From positions 7,015,489-7,079,488 of the forward strand of contig CM119265.1 in the NCBI GenBank assembly GCA_051294375.1: 64,000 bases of DNA, read 5' to 3'. The DNA is from Paraspadella gotoi. Taxonomy: Eukaryota > Animalia > Chaetognatha. Made by a program: the position numbers and the translations under genes. The notes beneath the pieces were generated by a model. The model was not told the DNA's origin, searched no databases, and saw only the letters and a list, made by a program, of their open reading frames with translations. This document shows positions 1 to 16,400 of the stretch, one piece after another (positions within the stretch are counted from its first letter, which is position 1; each line of letters opens with the position of its first letter).

Positions 1-172
1 GATAATTTATTAATAATCTCATTTATAAATCGCACCTAAAATAAAACTAGCTTTAGCATTTATGTGATGATGGAATAACAAAAAAATAATTGTACGAAAG
101 AGCCCTTTTTTATATTTACTTAGATATTATAATAAAAGTTTGAGTCAAGCCCGTTTGTTTTTTCAACCCCAG

Positions 173-754
173 CTTGACGTATATAGACGGTGGACGAACT
201 CCCTCCGGGTTTTACGCCGTCGAAGAAAAAGAGTACATAACGCGGTTTTATCGCGTCTCCGGTTCCATCAAGGTCGAACTCACTGCGTTGCCGCAGGATT
301 GGAGATATCTTGATTCGAGGAACGTTTACATTTTAGACTCTGGTAAGATTTCTGCTGGAGGAAACTTCTTGCCTTTTTGTTTCATGTTTTTTTTTATTGT
401 CTTGTCTTCCGGAAAAAAGGTGACGTAGTACAGTCGGAGTGGGAGTGAGTAATGAGAAGAAACTTCGACCATCGACATTCCAATTTCATGGCGTTCTTGT
501 GTTTTTAGGTCTAGCGATTTTTATCTGGAACGGCGACGACGCCAAGGGCGTGACAAAAGCGAAGGCACGTCTCATGGGAGAGAAGATCAATAAGTTCGAG
601 CGAAAGGGCGATGCGAGTCTTTACACCATCACTCAGGGAAATGAGCCCGACGAGTTTTGGGAGTTTCTCGGTGGTCAACCTGAGGAAGAAATCGGGCAAG
701 GCGCCGTTATACCGGACCCGTACCCGCCGAGACTGTACCAGGTTCGAATCTTTT

Positions 755-812
<58 letters not shown>

Positions 813-3800
813 TTTTTAAAAAAGTTCTTTTAATTGTCTTTAAGGTTGGCCTCGGCCAAGGATATCTCGAACTCCCCCAAGTTCACGTTCCTCACAACAA
901 GTTGACGCAAAAAGTGCTGGACTCTAAGAACGTTTACATCCTTGACTGCATCACCGACATTTTTGTCTGGATTGGGAAGAAATCAACGCGGTTCGTCAGA
1001 GCCGCCGCCGTCAAGCTTTCGCAGGAATTGTCCAATATGCTGAACCGTCCTAAAAACGCGCTCATTACCCGGTATGGGTCCAATGGGTTTCAGTGAATTT
1101 TTGCTAAATTAAGTATTATTATTAAATATTAATTCAAATTCAGAGAAATAAATCTTATGCAGCTAAGGTTTCACAATTCAATAAAAACTGCCTTTCTTTT
1201 AGTATTTTGGAAAATACCGAGAGTCAAATATTCAAGTCAAAGTTCGTGAATTGGGACGACGTTTTGGCGGTGGACTATTCAAAGGCGGCCAATGAGCAGC
1301 CGGGAATGGTGCCGCCTACGCCCACCACCGGAGCCAGGGGCGTGGACAAGACGGAAGAGATGAAAAAGAACGTCGCCCCGAAACCAAAGGCCGATTTGTC
1401 GGCACTCTTTTTGCCGAGGTGAGTGAAATGCTTGTAATTCATTCCGGTCTTGAATTAACTGAAGAATTATCATACCTCATGTTAATGAAATAATTAAAAG
1501 TTAGTTAATTGTTAATTTAAATTTAGGCAATCTAAGTAAGTCATTGAAACATTTTAGACAATTGGACACCACCTGCGCCCCAACCTGTTTTTAGTGTGTT
1601 ATTGTTTAATTTAAATCTTGTATAAACTAGACAAACGATCATGTCTGAAGACGAGGCAAACGCTCTCACCGACGAATGGAACGAAGAACTCGATCGAATC
1701 GAATCATTTGTTTTGGAAGGAAGCAAATTCGTTCGCCTGCCCGACGAAGAGTTCGGACTTTTTTATTCCGGTTAGAAAAAAAAGTTTTTGGATGAATTTT
1801 TAGCCGGATCTGCTTACAGCTGATTCCGGCTCTATAATTCACTTTGTCGGTCCGCCCCCCCAATCTTGTCGGGCATTCACTTATATCATGTCAGAACATC
1901 GAATTATGATAAATTATACAAAAGAATGTCCGTCTGTCCGTCCCACCTTAGCAAAAAACACCAATTTCTCGTGATTTGATCTATTGATTGGAATGAAATT
2001 TTGTGTGGGTAGGAAAGTGTGTGCTTGAGCTGGAAATCAAGTTTCGATGGAATCGTCCGAGTGGAAATGAGTTAAATTAGAAAAAAAAAATATATATATT
2101 TCACTATTTGAACGCCAATTACTCATGAGTGAATGGGGCCATTGACATCAAATTTTGTATGTGGGTAGGAAAGCGTGAGATTGAGATGTAATTGTCCAAG
2201 TAGAAATGAGTTAAAATAGAAAAACCAAACAATCTATTTCACTATTTGATAATGCTTTTTTTATTTTTATATTAAATGTTAGACACCGTTATTTCCTTTC
2301 GTTTCGTTGTGTTTGGATGATAGAAGACGTTTTAGATTGTTTAAACAATAATAAAATCGTTGTTTAAACAATCTAAAACGTCTTCTATATTAAATGTAAA
2401 TTTAAGCTGCTTTAATTAATTATTAATAAGTAATTAATTATTTGTAATTAATTAATTTTGTGATCGAGATTGTTGTTTTGTGATTGAGAGGCGAGACAAA
2501 GTGGAAAACGATTTTGACACGAATAAAAAAAATTAATATTAATTAATTAATTAATTATCTGATCAGCTGCTTACCGCTAATGATCGTGGACAGATCCGGC
2601 ATTGTTTGCTCAAACTTGTTTAAAATAAAGTCAGTTTTCTTGTCTTTCTCTTCACAGCGGACTGTTACGTTTTTCTATGTCGTTACTGGGTTCCGCCGGA
2701 GGAGACTCCTCCCAAAGAAGTGCAAGAGGAAGAAGAGGAGGAGGAGGAGGAGCAAGAGGAAGATTTCAAATGCGTCGTGTATTTTTGGCAAGGGCGAGAT
2801 GCATCCAAGATGGGATGGCTCAACTTTACCTTCAGGTCTGCGCCACTTTGCAAATTCACTTGGGAAAAGAAAAAAAAAACTAATTTTTATCTCACCACCG
2901 CAGCTTGCAGAAGAAATTCGAGACCCTTTTTGGGGATAAGCTCGAGGTGGTGAAACAGTTTCAACAGCAGGAGAACATCAAATTCTTGTCGCACTTCAAG
3001 AGAAAGTTCGTCATTCGTCAGAGTCGAAGGAAAGAGCCTCCGAGCGACGGAAAAGCGCCCATTGAATTGTTTCATTTACGGTTAGTCATTTTTATCGTCG
3101 CAATCGCTTTGCGTTTGCGACGATATTTATGTGATTTTGCACATAAGTGGCGTCGTTGTCGTTCCAAATTATAGATCGACTTTTTTATAATTAAATTTGG
3201 GTGTATGAAGCTGAAAATTTATATACAGCTTCTCATCATCGATGTGCTTAAAATTGATCTGGACAGTTATTAAATATGTTTTGTTTACTTTTTATCAAAA
3301 CAAACAAATTTTCTTTCTTTTATTTTTATACTTCTTTCTCTCTCTGTAACTTTAATTTTCCTCGGTACTTTATTATTTTTTTTTGACAATTGACAATGAA
3401 TGTCATTTTTGAAACTAACTTTAATTTTCTTCGGTACTTTATTATTTTTTTTAATTGACAATCGAAAAATATAATTTTTCTTTCTGTTTATAAATTAATT
3501 TTCTTGTTTCAAATTTTTTTTTTTTTGAATCAAAATTTGTCATCAATCCAGATTTTTCTTCTGCGATTGCGACGATCCTTATGCTTTACGATTTTTTTTT
3601 TCTCCCAGAAACTGTAACTTTAATTTTCCTAGGTACTTTATTATTTTTTTTGACAATTGACAATCGCAAAATAGAATTTTTTTTTCTGTTTATAAATTAA
3701 TTTTCTTTTCTCAAATTGTATTTTTTTAGTATCAAAATTTGTCATCAATCCAGATTTTTATGCGATTGCGACGATCCTTATGCTTTTAAGATTTTTAATA

Positions 3801-5488
3801 AACATTTTGGCCAATTCTTCCCACTCGTTTTTTGTTTATTTTCGATTTTGTCTCACCCTCCTCTTCACCTTTGCAGGTCCAACGGAGGCCCTCTTTGCAC
3901 AAGGTGCATACAAGTCGAAGCGACTGCGAATAACCTTCATTCTGGTTATTGCTTTGTCCTGCGCGTTCCTTTCGACGCTCAGGGTTCGACGGGAATTACT
4001 TACGTTTGGAAAGGCGCGCAGGCTGATGCCGGGGAGGCGCGACTCGCTCTCGACATCGCCACCGATCTCAACAAAGACGGCTATTCCCTCCAGGTTTCCC
4101 ACCTATATTTAACTCTATTTTCCGTCGTTTTAGTGGACGCCGGCTTTAAAATTATTTATTGCCTTTTCAGGAAATTAACGAAGGCGAGGAGCCGGAAAAC
4201 TTTTTCTGGGTGGGTATTGGCGGAAAGAAGCCCTACGAGACGACCAAGGCGGCATCCGGCCGCGCCCGCCTTTACCGCTGCTCCAACGAGAAGGGCTATT
4301 TTGCTGTTACGGAAAAATGCGCGGACTTTTGTCAGGACGACTTGCCCGACGAGGATATTATGATCCTCGACTCGGGCGAGGAAGTCTTCATCTGGGTCGG
4401 GCCCAAGGCGTCCCAGGTCGAGCTCAAGCTCGCCTACAAATCTGCGCAGACTTATGTCAAGAGCTTGGCAATAAGGGGGGAGAAACGGGAGAAAAAGCTT
4501 TATTTGACCGGTGAGTTGGACAACGTGCTTATTTGAATTACTATTGTTTTTTAGGAAAAAATAGAATGTACTTGATACTGAAATTTTCTATTTGAATATT
4601 AATTATCGTATAATGCTCCTTTAAGTGTCTTTTTCTAAGTCTACGTGTTTTTTTTGTTTTTTTTTTACCGCGGCAATCTGTAAACTGTGTTCCTTACAAA
4701 GAATGCATTCTACGTATATTTTGATGAAACGAATGTCCGATTTAACAAAGCATAAAACGGGCTTGATCCGATAGTTATGCGCTTGACTCCGAAGGTCCGG
4801 CGTCGCTCTCCAACGTTACTCCGCCTTTAGATGTTTCAGTTTTGATTTGGTCCTCCCCCTCTTCTTCGATGTCGTTCTCGGATGATTGCGACCACTTGCG
4901 AATGATGTCGTCTTCTTCTTTAAGTTTACTTTCTTGTCGGGAGAGGCTCCTTTTCTGTAACTTCTCGTTTTTCTTCATTAGTTTTACTAAGAAAAGGACG
5001 ACCAGTATTCCTGAGACGAATATTGTTGTTGGTTATTAAAACAGAAGAGATATTGCAAATATTATAATGAAATTTCGAAACAGAATTATTCTAAAGTTCC
5101 ATAAAATTCGTGAGTCACCAGTCACCTGCAACCGCCGTGAAGAAAATCAAGGCCTTCGGATCAACCACGGAGAGAGGATGCATCATGTCGTCTATCCTTT
5201 CCATCGGTTCTTCTTCCGCGTTTAAGTCCGTCTCCGACATTTTAACGACCTTGACCGTTCAACGGCGATTACGTGATTATAAAATATAAAATAGATTCGC
5301 TCTATCGACGCTTACATCCCTCGAAGAAAATCGAGTCGGAATGCCATAAAACCGCCGTATTGTCGAAACTCAACGTTAAACTTTTTTCAGCTCGAGCAAT
5401 AATTTAATTGGCCTGGATATCTCCTCTTCCTCTTTCCTCTTCTCCGTCCGCCTCATTCCTCGCAAAGCTCGTTTTTGAAGTCGGGACT

Positions 5489-5548
<60 letters not shown>

Positions 5549-7615
5549 CTTTGTTATTCCTCCCTTTCCTGCCCGGGCTCTGTTTTTGAAATTTTAGTGT
5601 CTATCTCGTGACGAATGGCCTCGGTAGCTCGAGTTTTATCATCTTAATCTTGTTGATAATTCACTGGTAGCAAGCATAATGATTGAGGGATCCGTTTACG
5701 TTATTTGGAAAATATTTTATTTCAGTTTTTAGTATACTGTATAGGCTACAAAATTTTAAAAAAGTTTTATCTTACAGTAAAGGGAAAGGAATCGCGTCGA
5801 TTTACACGCAACTTTCATGCTTGGACTCATCACAAAAACGCTGTTGTCGATGCCGCGGAAGAAAAGAAATTGCTTCAGAAGGCTATTATGAAAAAGAAAA
5901 TGAAGGCAAGTTTATATATATAGATTTATATAGGGTAGTACGGGGTAGTTCGAACACTTTTGCACGTAATCAAATTTTTAGCATGGTAAATATATTATAA
6001 AAAAAATTTCTGGTCCCCCGCATTTAAAAAAAAATCTAAACGTGTTCAATTTAACCCCACCTTGGGGTAACACGGAACACTTAATATGAGAAATCTACTA
6101 AATTCAATAAGGGCTGGTGTTTAAAAGTTTAGTATCGAAGTCTACTTTCAGGTAAAAAAATACTTTTTAAAAAAAATTATTGCTTTTATTGTTATTATAA
6201 AGATAAATTTTTTTATCAATCTTAACTTTTTTGGTGGATTGATAGAGCATAAAAAGTTAAATAAAAAATATAACAACAACTTTCAAAAATTATTATGTTA
6301 TAAAATATGATAAAGATTATGATGATTAAGATGATTATTAAGTTTTTTAAATTTTTCACCCACTTCTGATCAACATATATCGAGAAAAGAATTATACTTT
6401 GTGTAGACAACTTTTTGCAAGCTACTACCTGAATCCGATCTTTAAAAAAAATAAAAAGATTTTAAAATTTTTTTTAACCTTTCATGAAATTTTATTGAAA
6501 AAAGAATTATACTTTGTGTAAATAACTTTTCATAAGCTATTTTATTCTGCTTTTAAAAATACAAAATTCAAAAAAAAATTTTTGACACTTCCTATCTATA
6601 AATAAATATTAAAAAATTAATTACTAATGCTTCTAGCCATTTTAGAAAATTTTGGTCCATTGAAAGTTTTCTCAGAAATGTATGAAGTTTCATTTGGAAA
6701 GGTTCCCAAATCAATCTTTTGACCCACCCCATTGACAAAGTTTGGCTCTAATTATATAATATATATTATATATATTATATATATTATAATATTACAGAAA
6801 ATAATAACTAAAACACTATAATGAAAGGCTCTATGCTCTTAATGTTTTATGTATAAAAATTGTAAATCTTATATTCTTAAGTGAATTTTGATAAATTATT
6901 GAATAAAATATAAAATTTTTATATATTTTTTTATTTATAGTATTTTTGACACTGTTTTCAATTTCATTCTATTCCCATCTTTTCTTTCCAAAGTTTTCGG
7001 TCCATTTGTTCAATTCCATTGTATTTTTTTTATTCTTTCTATTTATCCTTATCACTATACTTATAAGATTTTTTTAAGCTTATTTATGCGTTAAATTTTA
7101 TTATAAATTATAAATTTTTGTATATTTTTTATTGCAAAAAGATAATTTTTTTTACCTTAATATGAATAGTATAATAGTTTTCCGCTTAATTATTTAACAA
7201 ATGTTGCTAACTCTTATTATTACTTATTAAATAATCATTAACACGTTATAAAAAGCATATGAGGATGAGGTAACACAACACTTAAGAGGTTTTCTCATTT
7301 ACCCCAATTTAATTGTCGCTATGAAAAAATATTTCAATTATTTTTTCGAAATAATCTACAATCACTAAAAATTGTTTTACGATGTTATATACCTCGATAT
7401 TTTTCGATATTTTTATCGTACATATATATTTTATATTGTAGGGCGCGAAAGAGGCGATTCGTTCCAACGTCGCGTCAAAAAGAGACGCGTCCGGAAGCAG
7501 CAAGTTGTTGAGACAACCGCCGCCTCCGCCAAGTGCCGCCCCCGGAGGTTGGCGGGGACCTGAGGTGGTCCCAATACCTGAAGGACTCGAAAATGCTGTC
7601 GAATCGGAAGCGTGA
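173..7615 (+). CDS. FLII: Protein flightless-1, gelsolin-repeat C-terminal half (5' part lies outside the window); exons approx. 173-342, 509-741, 845-1071, 1203-1418, 1631-1770, 2658-2835, 2904-3080, 3877-4093, 4171-4510, 5778-5905 and a probable terminal exon 7442-7615
   Basis: Peptides [79 protein letters not shown] and [15 protein letters not shown] are typical of flightless-I; GT-AG introns join in frame; the last intron is GC-AG (less certain). Confidence 0.95.
757..809. repeat. Poly-T homopolymer (53 nt) in a FLII intron
   Basis: Directly visible. Confidence 0.9.
1798..2622 (+). mobile_element. DINE-1/HINE-like non-autonomous rolling-circle element (family B) in a FLII intron
   Basis: Sub-terminal inverted repeats GCCGGATCTG (1803) and CAGATCCGGC (2591), a 5' partial inverted repeat, a GTCC/GTCT microsatellite at about 1928-1943, a short 3' stem-loop and T-rich flanks. 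Confidence 0.6.
2320..2388. repeat. Perfect 29-bp-arm palindrome (mini-MITE-like) nested in the HINE-like element
   Basis: 2320-2348 is the exact reverse complement of 2360-2388 with an 11-nt loop; TA flanks the GAAGAC/GTCTTC ends. Confidence 0.85.
3094..3796 (+). mobile_element. DINE-1/HINE-like element (family A) with a duplicated 3' end, in a FLII intron
   Basis: 5' ATCGTCGCAATCGC...TTGCGACGAT hairpin; 3' GCGATTGCGACGAT plus a CTTA..TAAG stem-loop (intact at about 3762, variant copy at about 3563); the same family occurs at 15850-16616. Confidence 0.7.
4775..5240 (-). CDS. Nested antisense small single-pass membrane protein (about 116 aa; exons 5240-5126 and 5010-4775)
   Basis: In-frame GT-AG splice gives [12 protein letters not shown]...[26 protein letters not shown]...PSESSA; the hydrophobic segment spans the junction; coding-like composition inside an AT-rich intron. 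Confidence 0.6.
5491..5545. repeat. Poly-T homopolymer (55 nt)
   Basis: Directly visible. Confidence 0.9.
5930..6750. mobile_element. AT-rich interspersed repeat (MITE-like family C)
   Basis: Block TTGGTCCATTGAAAGTTTTCTCAGAAATGTATGAAGTTTCATTTGG recurs at about 6651, 16311, 48578 and 49125 (both reverse) and, more diverged, 50375. Confidence 0.65.
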
Positions 7616-8222
7616 ACTTCTCTTTACAAAGATTAAAATGAATCTTCTCAATCTTAAAATCCCCTTTGCCTTAAGTGCAATGTCTGGAAATTATGCTGTG
7701 TTTTGATTCGTTTTTTATTATCAAGTTTATTTATATGATTTGTTCTATTTTTCCCTGAATGTCGACGAACGCATGTTTTAAAACAGTAATTGCCCCAATT
7801 TTGCTTAGCTTAAAAAGAAAGAATTTAGGTCCATTTTCCGATTTTACGGAAATTTGGATAACCATGTGATATGATATGGAAAACGGTTTGATATGTTTTT
7901 GTTTCAGAGGTGGTAGGACAAACTCATATGAACGTCGGGGAAGGTTGTTCCTTGCACAGTCTTTACCAAAAAGGAAACAATTTGGACTCTTCTATAAGAA
8001 GTCATTTTTGTCACATTTTTGGTAAAAATATGCCAATGAATTTACGAGGATTGGGTTGTTTTTTGTTTGTTTTTTTGAGTGTGTGTTTTAGTTGAGAATT
8101 TACGTATTTAATAATTGTTACACGTTTTGAGTATTTGGTGCGCGATATTTCGATATTTATGTATTATGTAAGTTTGTCTGATATTTTTAAGTTGTTCTCT
8201 TCATCTAAACTATTTTTGAAAA

Positions 8223-13255
<5,033 letters not shown>

Positions 13256-13459
13256 AGTCCTCCACTCTCTTCATCTTTTAATCTCATTTCGTTTTTTTTT
13301 TTACTTACGAATTTTTATACGCCCATGAGCGTGTATGGTCGTTGTTATTTCCCTGTTACATTCCTTGACAGGTTTACGTTTTTTCAGATTCGTTATCCAG
13401 ACAATTCGGTGATTTCGATCCACTATTCCAATCAGGCTTTGATAGAATAATGAAACTTA

Positions 13460-16400
13460 ATGGCTCAAACGCCGGTCGCTTCTTCAAACAATAATTTGTT
13501 AATAATGGATTCCAAGGATGACGCCAAGTCTCCAATTATTTGTAGAAAAATAAACACGAAACGGGAAACTTCAGGTGTTTACTAAAACTTGGTCACCCTT
13601 TAAATTTTTATTGATTGATTCGTAAATTCTTTTTAAATTCATCCACCCAGTTTCCGCCGCGAACGCAAGTAGCATGCCGACGCCGCCATCGTCTCAAGAG
13701 CTCGTCTCCGAAGGCGGGTCTCCTGACGGCGCATCGACCCGCCGCTCGGGACGCAAACGAGTAGCACCAATCCGTGAGTTTCCGCCTCCGAAGAAAACAT
13801 CGGGAATAACCGATGGCGTTAAATGGAAGGAGGATCCTGCTTTCGACGAGATCAAGCCCAAAAAGCCACGCCAAGATTCCGCCAGCGCCCAGTTAAAGAG
13901 CGCCAACAGGGCGGGATTGATCGGGGATAGTTTGAAGACGGCGGCGACGGCCGCACGCGTTAAGGTTCTCGATTTTGACGAGTGTTTTTACGATGAATTC
14001 AATTCTGGACAATCTACTCGGGAAAATAATCCAATCGCCACCAACACAGAGAAGGAACTGGAAGATATCGAGAGCGAATCTTTCCGATTAAAGACATCGA
14101 CCAAAACTTTTCAGCGAGCTAACAACCAGGCCAAGACATTTCAACGTGTGCCCAAGCCTTCTAAAACATTTGAGAGGGTCCCCAGCGCGCCAAAGACCTT
14201 TCAACGGGTTGCGAACCCGGCCAAGACCTTTCAGCGAATCACCAACGCAATTAAGAAATCTGAGTTGGCGACTGTTGAAATGGAGGAGCCTATCGGTTTA
14301 CCGCCGCCGTCGATCTCGCCGAAAAAGTCACCAAACTCGCTGTCATTTGATCTTCCAATCAGTTTCGTTGACAACCGCTTGTCAAAGAATCAACCGCCTC
14401 AGCTCCCACTGCAGGCGAAGAAGCAAAGTGCGAAAAAATCTAGCGAACTGGACTGGATCCAAGAGTACCGCGACAATTTGGACAAGGGCGATTCTTCAAC
14501 GCCCCCGCCTTGCGACCGATCGTCGTCGCCGGATCTTCCGGACTTGGTAATCGAAACAATTAAAACATATTGTCGTAAACCGCCGATAACCGTCTCCGAG
14601 TCGAGCAGTAATCCTCCGATCTCTAATTTGGAGAAGAGTAATCTTCCTGGTCGCTCAATTCCGCCGGCTCTGAACGGGCCTTCCTCCAAGGCTTCCAAAC
14701 CTCTTACACCCCACGAGCCAATCAAAGTCGTGGCTGGCGGCGACGAATCTGCTCCCGATCACTGCTATAGTAGAACTCCCGAGAAGGAGACTTTGGGACG
14801 CCGCCCTCCCTCGAGTATCCTTCGATTGTCGTCGAGCCAACCTCCGATTTCTCAACCAACGCCTCCCTCGTCGCAAACGATTTCCACGTCCGACACTTTA
14901 GCCGAAGAAGGTTCCCTAGCTAGCCCTACTGGTTACGAAGATCACTGCTATAGCAAAAGTCCTTTTTCCTCCCCGACGCGATCTACGACGATCAAAACGT
15001 TTTCTCGCTCGAACCCCGTGAGGAAGTTGACTACTGCCACCGACCTCGATGCCCTCTCGACCACACAATCTATCGCCACAGATTCCCCTAGCGATTCGAC
15101 GTTAAGTCTGTTGAACCAAGCCGCGACATCTTTGGAAGGATCCACGGCCGACCGTTCGCTGTCGAAGCACGGCGACTCGATCGCGGAAGAATTTCCCTCA
15201 CGTATCGCTGGCAGTGAAGTGGCTGACGCTAACAAGGACCCAGATCTTTGTCTAAAATCTGCAACCGCTTCGTCCGCTCCATCCGCCTCCAAATTCACGT
15301 ATTCGAGGTCTCGTGCCCTCGTTTTCGCTGAAACCCAGATTTCTACGGAAGAGCAGAAGCTGGATGAGATTGCGGGGGATTCTAAGAAGACGAAAGAATC
15401 GGAGATTGGAGACGAGGCAGCCGTCTTGAAGTCGGCGCCGTCTTCGCAAGAGTTTCAGGGGTCGACGAAAGGATCCGGAACTGCGACTTCGTCGCAAAGG
15501 TGCGTTTTCCCATTATACGTTTTTGTGATTTTAAAATTCATTAAATCTTCGAATTATTCAGTTCCGCCGAGGTTTTTTCGGAAGAAGCTACCTCGCAGGA
15601 GAGTCTTACGATCGGGTCTCAAGAAACGCCCTCTTCCTCTCAAGAATCGGGTTTCGCTTGTGATCCGGCTAAAAATTACATCCTGGATGATGACGACGTA
15701 GAAAGCAATGGAAGCGACAATCTCAGCCCCAGCGAAACAGAAAACGGTGCCTTGGAAAGACCCAAGTCTAGGAACGTCTACAAAAAAAGTATTTTCAAGG
15801 TGCGTCCTTAACAAAGCATTTTCTACAATCTTTTGAAATCTTTTTTTTTATCGTCGCAATCGCTTCGCGTTTGCAACGATCAATAACGCTTTTGGGCATA
15901 AGTGGCGTAGGCGTCGTCATCGTTGTTGTCTTCGGCGTTCCAAATAATAGATCGCCTTTTTTATGATTAAATTTGGGTGTATGAAGTTGAAAATTTATAT
16001 ACAGCTTCTCAGAAAAAATAATTAAATTTTTTAAAAATTTTGATGTTTTAATGCCAAAAATTCGTAAAAACTACTAAAAACATTGTAAGATGATGTTTTT
16101 TTCAGAATTTTATCGATTTTGACCCACTTATCAATAAAATATCGAAAAAAGTATTATAATATATGTTGACAATTTTTATACCTACATAAGCTATCTGAAT
16201 CTGCTTTCAAAATTATAAAAAAAAAAACAAACAAATTTTTGACATTTCCTATCTATAAGTAAATATTAATTATTTAATTAATTAAATGCTTAGAAGAATT
16301 TTAGAAAATTTTGGTCCATTGAAAGTTTTCTTAGAAATGTATGAAATTTCATTTGGGATGGTTCCCAAATCAAACTTCTGACGAACCCCATTGACATGGA

